Shown here: one piece after another, positions 55,338-63,116 of the stretch
How the letters are laid out: each line of letters starts with the position of its first letter
How positions within the stretch are numbered: the stretch's first letter is position 1
The notes under the pieces: model-generated
What the model was told of the DNA's origin: nothing
Seen by the model: the letters and a program-made list of their open reading frames with translations, nothing else
The model's database searches: none
Program-made: the position numbers and the translations under genes
Assembly: GCA_049609505.1 (NCBI GenBank)
Contig: JBMYYO010000001.1
Span: forward strand, 1 to 63,116
Origin: Akkermansiaceae bacterium
Lineage (GTDB): Bacteria > Verrucomicrobiota > Verrucomicrobiia > Verrucomicrobiales > Akkermansiaceae
Direction: 5' to 3'
Length of the DNA: 63,116 nt

Positions 55338-56198
55338 ATGAAAACAAGTTACATCGGCCTCACCTTAGCTATACTCGCCCATACTCCTCTCCATGCCGTA
55401 ACCATTTTTACGAATGGCACCACTGATTTTAACAATGCCTCCAACTGGGATAATGGCCTCCCTGACAACGATGCAGCTGTAGGCGGGGTTGACCTCGATG
55501 CTGAAATCGCAGCGGGAAGCACCGCAGTGACATCTGGCAGCTACAATGCGACCGGCAGTTTACACTATAACTTGGACGTGCTGGGAGAATTAACCGTTTC
55601 ATCAGGCCACACAGTTCACTTGGGAACCGGTGGTGGCTACAATACAGGCACGGATCTAACCGTAAACGGTGGCACGCTAAATCTTGATGGAAAAGTGACT
55701 ATCATCGGCGGAGGCGCCCATACATTTGTCACCAACGGAGGTGTCATCAACCTTCGTGCAGGAGGCGATTTCGATGGACGCAAGAACCTGAATTTAACTC
55801 TCGGCACCCTCGATATAGCTTCAAATGCTGTCTCAGCAGACGCAATCGACCACCTCAATGTAGGAAACGGCTCCATGATTCGCTTTGATATTGTTTCTAC
55901 GGCATTTTCACTGGTTGCTTTGGGCAATGACCTAGATCTTTCCGCCACCGGAGCAACTCTAGACCTAGACATCACAGGCGCCACAGCAGGTGATTCTTAC
56001 ACACTTTTCACGACAGGTGGAGCCGTCGATGGAACCTTCTCAACATTCAATTACACCATCAATGATAGTTTAGTGGCCACCCTCGACTACAGCGTTGCTG
56101 ATGAGCTAACGGTAAACATTACCGCCGTCCCAGAGCCATCATCCGCTGCTCTGCTCGCCCTCGGTGGCATAGCACTCACACTGCGCCGCAGGAAATAA
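55338..56198 (+). CDS. PEP-CTERM surface protein (beta-helix-like repeats)
   Basis: NASNW, LTVNGGTLNL-type repeats; VPEPSSAALLALGGIALTLRRRK. Confidence 0.92.
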   Translation: MKTSYIGLTLAILAHTPLHAVTIFTNGTTDFNNASNWDNGLPDNDAAVGGVDLDAEIAAGSTAVTSGSYNATGSLHYNLDVLGELTVSSGHTVHLGTGGGYNTGTDLTVNGGTLNLDGKVTIIGGGAHTFVTNGGVINLRAGGDFDGRKNLNLTLGTLDIASNAVSADAIDHLNVGNGSMIRFDIVSTAFSLVALGNDLDLSATGATLDLDITGATAGDSYTLFTTGGAVDGTFSTFNYTINDSLVATLDYSVADELTVNITAVPEPSSAALLALGGIALTLRRRK

Positions 56199-56224
56199 AC
56201 CACCTGCTATTAAATCGAACTTCG

Positions 56225-56253
56225 ACGGGAGGGCTTAGGCTCTCCCGTTTTTT
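56225..56253 (+). terminator. Intrinsic terminator
   Basis: ACGGGAGGGC-TTAG-GCTCTCCCGT plus T tract. Confidence 0.85.
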
Positions 56254-56522
56254 GTTTTGTAAAAATGCCGCGCAGCTCACAAGCGCGCACCCTGCCGCAT
56301 TCTAGAGAGATGAATACCAGTCTGGAAAAACACCCACAATATTGAAACATTTGCTGGCATCCGTAGTTAATAAATTGTTCTGTGTAGATCCCAGAGAAGA
56401 AAATTGTTGATAGAAAAGACAAGCCACAACACTTTATCTTCGCCATTCTAGATAGCAGTCCCGCAAACGCAGCAGCGACATCGCAATCAATCCACTCCAA
56501 GCACTCCCCAGCTAATCACATT

Positions 56523-57935
56523 ATGAAACGCTCTCTCATCCTTCTTGCATCTTGTATCTTTCATCTTCCATCTCAAGCAGCCCCAGCTAGCAAACCGAAC
56601 ATCGTCATTCTCTACTCCGATGACGCTGGCTATGCCGACTTCGGTTTCCAGCCAGTCTGTGCGCCAGAGATGAAAAAGCTGACACCGAACATTGACACTA
56701 TCGCCCGTGATGGCGCCCGCTTGACTGATGCCTACATGGCGGGAAGTGTGTGTTCCCCCTCGCGAGCTGGGCTAATGACCTCTCGCTACCCGGGGAGATT
56801 TGGCTACGATAACAACCTCCCCCCCGGGTTTAAAAGTGGACTCGATCTCAAAGAAACCTTCGGCGTAAAACGCCTGCAAAAACTCGGTTACAAAACCTCC
56901 CTCATCGGCAAATGGCACCTCGGCTACCCCGCAGAATTCCATCCCAACGAGCGTGGATTCGATTGGTTCTACGGCCTCCTGCAAGGATCCCGCGGCTATT
57001 ACCCCTACGAGAAAGCCTCCCCACACAGGGTGATTCTCGATAATAAAAAGCCGACCAAAGAAGAAGGATATGTTACTGACCGATTTGGTGATGCGGCCTG
57101 CAAGTTTATCCGTGAGAATAAGGATAAGCCATTTTATCTCTTTGTATCGTTCACCGCGCCACACGCTCCCAACCAACCAAACAAGAAAGATCTTGAGCGG
57201 ATAAGCCACATTGAGAAACGGGGTAGGAAAAACTACGCGGGCCTCATCGTTTCGCTGGACGATAATGTTGGCAAAATTCTCAAAACCATCAAGGACAGCG
57301 GCATCGAAGATAACACCCTCGTGATTTTTACCAATGACAACGGAGGCCAGACAGCCACAGGCGCAAACAACGGAAAACTCAAAGGCAAAAAAGGAACCCT
57401 CTGGGAAGGCGGCGTGCGTGTTCCTTGGGCAATGCGCTGGCCCGCCAAAATCAAACCTGGCTCCGTCATCAACGATCCCATCATCTCCATGGACATCCTC
57501 CCCACCGTCGTAGAAATGTCTGGCAACAAGGTGGATGTAAAATGGAAACTCGACGGCCGCAGCTTCCTCCCGCTCATCACGGGCGAGAAAAAATCTCTCC
57601 CCACTCGCACACTCCACTGGCGGCAGGGCGGCTCCAAGGGACCCATTGCTCTACGCAAAGGCAAATGGAAACTCGTCCACAACCGCAAAGAGACCGGTGC
57701 CAAACCTGAACTCTATGATCTCTCTAACGACATCGGCGAAACCAAAAACCTCGCCACTGAAAAACCCGATATCCTCAAGGGATTGTTAGAAAAAATGAAA
57801 ACCTGGGAAAGCCAACTCAAAGAACCCCTCTGGGGCGCAGGCTCACCCTCCCGCGAAGCCAAAGCCAAGAAACCCAAAAAGGAAAAAGGCAACCGCAGGA
57901 AAAAGAAAGAGAACGAAAAAGAGAAAGCAAACTAA
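56523..57935 (+). CDS. Sulfatase (S1)
   Basis: PNIVILYSDDAG, CSPSR, GKWHLG, APH, NDNGG, EGGVRVP. Confidence 0.95.
   Translation: MKRSLILLASCIFHLPSQAAPASKPNIVILYSDDAGYADFGFQPVCAPEMKKLTPNIDTIARDGARLTDAYMAGSVCSPSRAGLMTSRYPGRFGYDNNLPPGFKSGLDLKETFGVKRLQKLGYKTSLIGKWHLGYPAEFHPNERGFDWFYGLLQGSRGYYPYEKASPHRVILDNKKPTKEEGYVTDRFGDAACKFIRENKDKPFYLFVSFTAPHAPNQPNKKDLERISHIEKRGRKNYAGLIVSLDDNVGKILKTIKDSGIEDNTLVIFTNDNGGQTATGANNGKLKGKKGTLWEGGVRVPWAMRWPAKIKPGSVINDPIISMDILPTVVEMSGNKVDVKWKLDGRSFLPLITGEKKSLPTRTLHWRQGGSKGPIALRKGKWKLVHNRKETGAKPELYDLSNDIGETKNLATEKPDILKGLLEKMKTWESQLKEPLWGAGSPSREAKAKKPKKEKGNRRKKKENEKEKAN
56543..56573. repeat. Degenerate heptamer repeat (TCTTNNA)x4 in signal-peptide coding region
   Basis: TCTTGCA TCTTGTA TCTTTCA TCTTCCA TCT. 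Confidence 0.75.
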
Positions 57936-57944
57936 CCCACCACA

Positions 57945-58700
57945 ATGAAACCACTACTCGCCACCCTGCTCGTCCTCACAGCGGCCTCAACCTACGCCGC
58001 GCCTGACAAACCTAACATCGTTCTCATCTACGCAGATGACCTCGGCTACAAAGACGTCGGCTACCAATCCAAAGGCATCTACAAAACACCCGTCCTTGAT
58101 CGGCTAGCAAAGCAAGGAATGGTATTCACCGATGCCTACTCAAATGCCGCCAACTGCCAACCAGCCAGAGCCTGTTTGCTCTCGGGGAACTACACGCCGC
58201 GCCACCACGTCTTTGCCGTCAGCAGCACCAGCCGAGGTCCCAAAAACCAGATGCGCCTGATCCCCATCCCAAACCGGGACGGGCTGGTACAAAAAGATGA
58301 AACCATTGCCGATGCATTAAAGTCAGCAGGATACGCCACCGGACACTTCGGCAAATGGCACCTCTACGCCAAAGGTGGCAAGGGCGGCGGCGGCTCCCGA
58401 CCCAGCGAGCAAGGGTTCGATGTCACCTACGATAGCTTCGGCGATGGCCCACTACTGGAAGGTGCCAAGGGAAATAAAAAAGGCCCTCCCAGCGATCCCA
58501 AAGGCGTCTTTGCCCTCTCCAAACAAGCCTGCGACTTCATGGAGAAAAACAAAGACAAACCATTCTTCGTCTATCTCGCCCATCATGCACCCCACGGCCC
58601 ATATCAAGCACGCGAATCCACGCGGAAAGAAATCAATAATCTCTACAAAGCCTGCATCTACGATCTCGATGCCAGCGTCGGTCGTGTGTTAGAAAAATAA
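57945..58700 (+). pseudogene. 3'-truncated sulfatase
   Basis: PNIVLIYADDLG, CQPAR, GKWH, HHAPH present; stops at LDASVGRVLEK before the SDNG metal ligands, with no continuation downstream. Confidence 0.85.
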
Positions 58701-58705
58701 TTTAA

Positions 58706-58741
58706 CACAGATGACACGGATGACCACAGATTCACACAGAT
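58706..58741. repeat. CAC(A/G)GAT x4 short repeat array
   Basis: CACAGAT 58706, CACGGAT 58715, CACAGAT 58725, CACAGAT 58735. Confidence 0.8.
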
Positions 58742-58787
58742 CAAATCCTCTGAATTCCCCCCAACAAAACACCCTAACAAAAACCAC

Positions 58788-58861
58788 TCCACCATCCACC
58801 ATCCACCATGAAATCACCACTTCTCCTAAGTCTTCTATCTTGCATCTTGTATCTTGCATCT
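58788..58861. repeat. Heptamer repeats around start codon: (TCCACCA)x3 and (TCTTNNA)x4
   Basis: TCCACCA x3 at 58788-58808 ending in the A of ATG; TCTTCTA TCTTGCA TCTTGTA TCTTGCA TCT at 58831-58861. Confidence 0.8.
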
Positions 58862-60910
58862 CCCCCCTGCCAAGCCAAGAGCCAGCCTAACATCCTATGG
58901 ATTTTCTGCGAAGACCTCTCCCCCTGGATGGAATCCTACGGTCACTCCGTCAACGCTGGCAAGACCCCCACACTCGATAAACTCAGCAGCAACGGCCTCC
59001 GTTTCTCCCGCTGCTACGTGCCAGCCCCCGTTTGTTCCGCCTGCCGCTCCGCCATGATTACCGGCGTCTATCAAACCACCACCGGCACCCACCAGCATCG
59101 TTCCTCCCGCAGCAAGGAAGCCGCCATCTACCTCCCAAAGGAAATTAAAACTCTCCCCCAAATTTTCCGCGCCAACGGATACGCCACCTTCAATAAAGGT
59201 AAAGACGACTACAACTTCATCTACAAACGCGACGAGCACTACTCCGTCGGAAACCCCAAACCCAGAAAAGGATTCTACGGTAAAAAGGGCAAAGCCGACT
59301 GGTCACAGCTCCCGAAAGACAAGCCATGGTTCGGACAAATCCAACTCGGCGGCGGCAAAACCAACACCCGTGGCCTCAAAGACAAAGTCGATCCCGCCAC
59401 CATGAAAGTCCCACCCTACTTCCCTAACGAAGAAATCTTCCGCAAAGAATGGGCACACCATTACGACACCGTCCGCGTTACCGACGGCCACGTAAAAGGC
59501 ATCCTGCAGCGACTCAAAAACGACGGTCTGTTAGAAAACACCATCGTCTTCTTCTTCTCTGATCACGGCAATAACCACTCGCTACGCCACAAACAATTCT
59601 GCTACGAAGGCGGCGTCCACGTCCCCCTCATCATCTCCGGTCCCGGCATCCCTAAAAATGCCGTGCGTAAAGAAATGATCAGCGCCCTCGACATCTCCGC
59701 CACCACCCTCGCCCTCGCTGGCATTGAACTCCCCGAATACCTCCACGGCCAGAACCTCTTCGCCAAGGACTTCAAAAAACGCGACCACGTCGTCTCCGCC
59801 CGCGACCGCTGTGATTACACCATCGACCGCATCCGCACCGTGCGCACCGAGAAATTCCGCTACATCCGCAATTTTCTAACCGACCGCATCCTGCTCCAGC
59901 CGCAATACCGCGATGGCCAAGCCCAAACCAAACGCCTCCGCGAGCTGCACGCCCAAGGAAAACTCGGCAAAATCCCCGAGTGGGCATTCTTTGGCAAACG
60001 CCCCGCCGAAGAGCTCTACGACATGGAAAAAGACCCCCACCAAGTCAACAACCTCGCCACCGATCCCAAATATGCTGCCGAGCTCAAAAAACACCGCAAG
60101 CTTCTCGCCACATGGATCAAAGAAACCGACGACAAAGGCGAGCAACCCGAGTCAGAAAAAAACCTCCGCGCCATTTTCAAACGCTGGGGTAAACGCTGTG
60201 TCAACCCCGAGTTCGATGTCTTCAAAAAAGAAAAAGCAGACGACAAAGCGAACGACAAAGCAAAACCAGCAGCAGGCTCAAAAAAAAAGCTAACAGCCGC
60301 TGACTACCAGACCATCAACATCCGGGGCTGGACCGTTCACGTGGAAAAATCCCTCCACGGACACCCACTCCACCCGACCGCGATCAAGCTGTTAGACGCA
60401 AAACTTGGTAAAATCACCAAGCTCATCAACCCTGAAATCCTCCCCGATCTCAAAGCCGTCCCCATCTGGCTAAACAAAGACATCCGCCGAGGCGCCTGCT
60501 ACCACCCGAACCCAGCCTGGTTGAAAAACAACCAGCGCATGCCAGAAAAAGTCCGCTCCATAGAGCTACAAAACGTCCACAACTTCATCCACTGGTCCAA
60601 ACCCCAACCCATGATGATCCTCCACGAACTCGCCCACGCCTACCACCACCGCGTGCACAAGTTCAAGAACCCCGTCATCACCGCTGCTTTCAAAAACATC
60701 GTCGCCAGCAAGAAATACGAAAAGGTCAAACACATCGACGGCCAAACCAAACGCCACTACGCCCTAACCGACGAAAAAGAATACTTCTCTGAGTGCACGG
60801 AAGCCTACTTCGGCAAAAACGACTTCTACCCCTTCACCCGCGCCGAACTCAAAGCCTATGACCCCCAAGGCTACGCCATGGTAGAAAAAGTCTGGAAAGT
60901 CACCCAATAA
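58808..60910 (+). CDS. Sulfatase fused to C-terminal zincin-like metallopeptidase domain
   Basis: PNILWIFCED, CSACR, SDHG; Lys/Ala linker; ILHELAHAYHH...YALTDEKEYFSECTEAYFGKNDFYPF. Confidence 0.9.
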   Translation: MKSPLLLSLLSCILYLASPPCQAKSQPNILWIFCEDLSPWMESYGHSVNAGKTPTLDKLSSNGLRFSRCYVPAPVCSACRSAMITGVYQTTTGTHQHRSSRSKEAAIYLPKEIKTLPQIFRANGYATFNKGKDDYNFIYKRDEHYSVGNPKPRKGFYGKKGKADWSQLPKDKPWFGQIQLGGGKTNTRGLKDKVDPATMKVPPYFPNEEIFRKEWAHHYDTVRVTDGHVKGILQRLKNDGLLENTIVFFFSDHGNNHSLRHKQFCYEGGVHVPLIISGPGIPKNAVRKEMISALDISATTLALAGIELPEYLHGQNLFAKDFKKRDHVVSARDRCDYTIDRIRTVRTEKFRYIRNFLTDRILLQPQYRDGQAQTKRLRELHAQGKLGKIPEWAFFGKRPAEELYDMEKDPHQVNNLATDPKYAAELKKHRKLLATWIKETDDKGEQPESEKNLRAIFKRWGKRCVNPEFDVFKKEKADDKANDKAKPAAGSKKKLTAADYQTINIRGWTVHVEKSLHGHPLHPTAIKLLDAKLGKITKLINPEILPDLKAVPIWLNKDIRRGACYHPNPAWLKNNQRMPEKVRSIELQNVHNFIHWSKPQPMMILHELAHAYHHRVHKFKNPVITAAFKNIVASKKYEKVKHIDGQTKRHYALTDEKEYFSECTEAYFGKNDFYPFTRAELKAYDPQGYAMVEKVWKVTQ

Positions 60911-60928
60911 TCCAGCTCCCCCCACCGC

Positions 60929-60977
60929 CAAGGAGCACGTCAAGGAATACGTCAAGGAGCACGGGCTTGCAGCCCGT
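60929..60977. repeat. 12-bp tandem repeat x3 running into a REP-like palindrome
   Basis: CAAGGAGCACGT CAAGGAATACGT CAAGGAGCACGG; ACGGGCT-TGC-AGCCCGT hairpin at 60961-60977. Confidence 0.75.
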
Positions 60978-61136
60978 TATCTGCCTATCGAGCAAAGAAT
61001 CAAGCCCCCCGTGTTTCATCCTGAAGTATCAACCCAAGCCCATTCGTATAATTAGCAAAATTCGTGGTCAAGCGCCGCAGGCACCATCCCAAGCCCAATA
61101 CCCAATGACAAGTGACTATTGGCCGAGCCGCAGGCT

Positions 61137-62363
61137 CTACAAATCATCAAACGGACTCCTCACCCCACATCCGCTTGCACCCACCGCGACATGTGTGTAG
61201 ATCTCAGTAGTTGAAACATCTCCATGTCCAAGCAGTTCTTGTATTGTGCGTAGGTCACAACCTCCCTCTAACAAATGCGTAGCAAAAGAATGCCGTAAAC
61301 AGTGAGAGGTCACCCGCTTTGCTATTCCTGCCGCCAACGCAGCCCGCCTAACTGCACGAGAATAGACCACCTCATGAAAATGATGTCTTCTAACAATACC
61401 AGACTCAGGGTCCTTGGAGTGGTGATTTGCGGGAAATAACCAAAACCACTCCCACCGTTCACCGGCCTTTGGCATTTTACGAGCCAGCGCACCAGGCATC
61501 ATAACCCCCGGAGATTCTTCTCCTCTATCTTCTTCATAGTATTTTCTTACCTCAAGTAGATGATTAACAATAGGCTGAACCAATTTTTCTGGCACCACCG
61601 TGACACGATCCTTATCCCCCTTACCTGACCTAACGGTTAGCTGGCGCCTATTTGCATCCACATCCTTCACACGCAGATTCACAAGCTCACTCACTCTCAA
61701 GCCAGCACCATATTGAAGCTGTGCTGGCAGTCGATAACTAGGCTCGAGCTTTTCTATTAACCGCATCACCTCATCCATACTGAGCACCACGGGTATTCTC
61801 TTGGGTGTTTTCTTTAACTTAACCCCTAGATCTACCTCCTCCATGCCGCACACATCACGGTATAGAAACACCAGTGCATTCAATGCTTGCTTCTGTGTTG
61901 AATAACTAATCCTGCCTTTAGCAACCAGCTCTGTCAGCCATTCCCGCGCGCACGCTGTATCCAGAACCCGCTCACGGCTTTCAGCCCATGCCGCATACCT
62001 TGCCGCCCATCCGCCATAAGATTTTCTCGTCCTTATCGCCAAGCCCCTGCGGGCACCAGTCCTCTCGACAGCGTCCCTCACCTTTTCTGCTAGGTTGACT
62101 GTATCCACCCCCTTCTCTGTACATAAATCAATCCAGTGTAACAACCAGCGTATCGCCTCTGCCCATTGCTCTTCTTGCCAATCCTTCCGAACCTTTGCTT
62201 GCACCTCTAGTTTCCAAAACTTTCGTGCCGAGTCCACTCCAGCAGCCATCCGTTTGGTCAACCGCCATTGCTCATACCATGCCAGCACAAATCCATATCC
62301 CTGTTTTTCACGATCACTCAAATCCCTTGAGGCCAGCAGGTCCGCCCTCCAATCTCCACTCAT
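61137..62363 (-). CDS. intI: Integron integrase
   Basis: Tyrosine recombinase YGAGLRVSE, GKGDKDR, HCLRHSFATH, LGH...IYTH, plus integron-specific insert GVMMPGALARKMP...WFWLFPA...DPESGIVRRHH; start taken at ATG 62363 (62393 possible). Confidence 0.95.
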   Translation of the reverse strand: MSGDWRADLLASRDLSDREKQGYGFVLAWYEQWRLTKRMAAGVDSARKFWKLEVQAKVRKDWQEEQWAEAIRWLLHWIDLCTEKGVDTVNLAEKVRDAVERTGARRGLAIRTRKSYGGWAARYAAWAESRERVLDTACAREWLTELVAKGRISYSTQKQALNALVFLYRDVCGMEEVDLGVKLKKTPKRIPVVLSMDEVMRLIEKLEPSYRLPAQLQYGAGLRVSELVNLRVKDVDANRRQLTVRSGKGDKDRVTVVPEKLVQPIVNHLLEVRKYYEEDRGEESPGVMMPGALARKMPKAGERWEWFWLFPANHHSKDPESGIVRRHHFHEVVYSRAVRRAALAAGIAKRVTSHCLRHSFATHLLEGGCDLRTIQELLGHGDVSTTEIYTHVAVGASGCGVRSPFDDL

Positions 62364-62404
62364 ATTCTGCACAAGGGATTTTCTAAAACTCATTTTTGCA
62401 AGAC

Positions 62405-62420
62405 GTGTTCTTAAAAACAC
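62405..62420. promoter_or_regulatory. Candidate verrucomicrobial LexA box upstream of intI
   Basis: gTGTTC-TTAA-AAACAc, one mismatch to TGTTC-N4-GAACA, 42 bp upstream of ATG 62363. Confidence 0.6.
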
Positions 62421-62551
62421 TCCATCAAGAAAAAATTACATGGTTCAGCAAGAAAAATATTCAGTCATCTGAGATAATTTAGAGCTCAATAACAAAACAT
62501 CCAGCTTATTCAAAGAGCATCAATATCAATTTAATCTAACAAAATAGAGGC

Positions 62552-62580
62552 TTGTATAAATTAAATCAGATTGCTATTTT
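62552..62580 (+). promoter_or_regulatory. Candidate cassette promoter Pc
   Basis: TTGTAT-17 bp-TATTTT with TGn extended -10, pointing toward attI. Confidence 0.35.
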
Positions 62581-62656
62581 CCCCTCACCAATAAGGAAAA
62601 CAGCTATACCCCTTAGCCATTCCTAATGATCTCCCATCAAGTAACATCTGATATGA

Positions 62657-62680
62657 GGTCAACTAATTATACTGTTGGGC
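62657..62680 (+). other. Candidate attI recombination site
   Basis: GGTCAACTAATTATACT GTTGGGC; GTTRRRY core at 62674-62680 at the boundary between AT-rich spacer and cassette ORF. Confidence 0.6.
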
Positions 62681-62698
62681 AAAAATTAGAAGACACGA

Positions 62699-63116
62699 AT
62701 GCCAGACAAACCCGCAGACCACGCGCACACAGCCGCTGAAAAAGTAATCACAAGCACGCATTCAGCGATTGATGCCGTAAATGCCTTCACGCGAAAGATA
62801 TTCGTGACGCGAGGAGGTCGCATCGGAAGCGGCATGGGTAGTGTGGTCGAAGCGTTGTGGGGATTTCACGTAAATCGAATTCTGAAGGCTGAAGACGGCA
62901 TCGACTACGAGCTTGGGTGGATCTACGGTCACGAATACAATGACTTCGCTTGTGTTTTGACGGACGAGGATTGGAATCCTGCAACAAAGGAGGGAGAGCT
63001 GTTCCGAATTGAAGTCAAATCCATGGTTGCTTCGGCGGACGAATCGAAAGCCCATTTTGACCGACTTCAGCACGAGTTTGCCCAGGACGAACTGCTTGCG
63101 GTTTTTCTCTGGGATT
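62699..63116 (+). CDS. First integron cassette ORF, PD-(D/E)xK nuclease-like (partial; not in ORF track)
   Basis: Manual translation MPDKPADHAHTAAEKV...GSGMGSVVEALWGF...GHEYNDFACV...ELFRIEVKSMVASADESKAHFD...VFLWD, open to window end. Confidence 0.7.
   Translation, partial: MPDKPADHAHTAAEKVITSTHSAIDAVNAFTRKIFVTRGGRIGSGMGSVVEALWGFHVNRILKAEDGIDYELGWIYGHEYNDFACVLTDEDWNPATKEGELFRIEVKSMVASADESKAHFDRLQHEFAQDELLAVFLWD

Larger units (their letters stand above)
61137..63116. mobile_element. Integron platform with start of cassette array (continues beyond window)
   Basis: intI divergent from an AT-rich spacer ending in GTTRRRY core, followed 18 bp later by an ORF. Confidence 0.8.

Noticed and set aside
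56772-57617. 281-aa antisense ORF (also 10867..11562, 5856..6521, 38323..38946, 3360..3968)
   Set aside because: Fully overlap well-supported genes; expected from codon bias
58700-58727. ATTTAACACAG resembling the XerD arm of a dif site
   Set aside because: No XerC-like arm at 6-bp spacing; the sequence belongs to the CACAGAT array
60929-60964. Possible mini-CRISPR
   Set aside because: 12-bp units with no spacers and no cas genes
44000-62400. Shift from G/T-rich to C/A-rich plus strand as a replichore switch
   Set aside because: Confounded by gene orientation, membrane-protein composition and codon bias; cannot be supported without computing cumulative skew
62762-63073. Minus-strand 103-aa and 66-aa ORFs in the track
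   Set aside because: Shadows of the longer plus-strand cassette ORF from 62699, which has motifs and the expected orientation
1-63116. tRNA, rRNA, CRISPR arrays, IS transposases
   Set aside because: None recognised by eye; intergenic gaps are short and show no such patterns

Overview
Bacterial window, most consistent with a Verrucomicrobiota genome (PEP-CTERM proteins, Minf_1886-like gene, DUF1552/DUF1592 pair, many Cys-type sulfatases). It is dominated by genes for degrading sialylated and sulfated glycoconjugates: two GH33 sialidases, a GH20 hexosaminidase, eight sulfatase genes (nine domains, two damaged), two SGNH esterase genes, a Bacteroides-type Neu5Ac catabolic operon (nanA, a NanM-like propeller fused to a SiaT-like symporter, an AGE epimerase), an SBP-permease fusion ABC transporter and two GntR/LacI-hybrid regulators. 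The right end is an integron: intI with a near-consensus verrucomicrobial LexA box, a candidate attI, and a first cassette ORF (absent from the ORF track) with a PD-(D/E)xK nuclease motif. Structure not explained by the genes: a roughly 4-fold over-represented hexamer TGTTAG/CTAACA in both orientations (manual count), heptamer tandem repeats in signal-peptide coding regions, and a leader-peptide/attenuator-like region before an 835-aa orphan gene. All family assignments are from motif recognition by eye; no searches were run.
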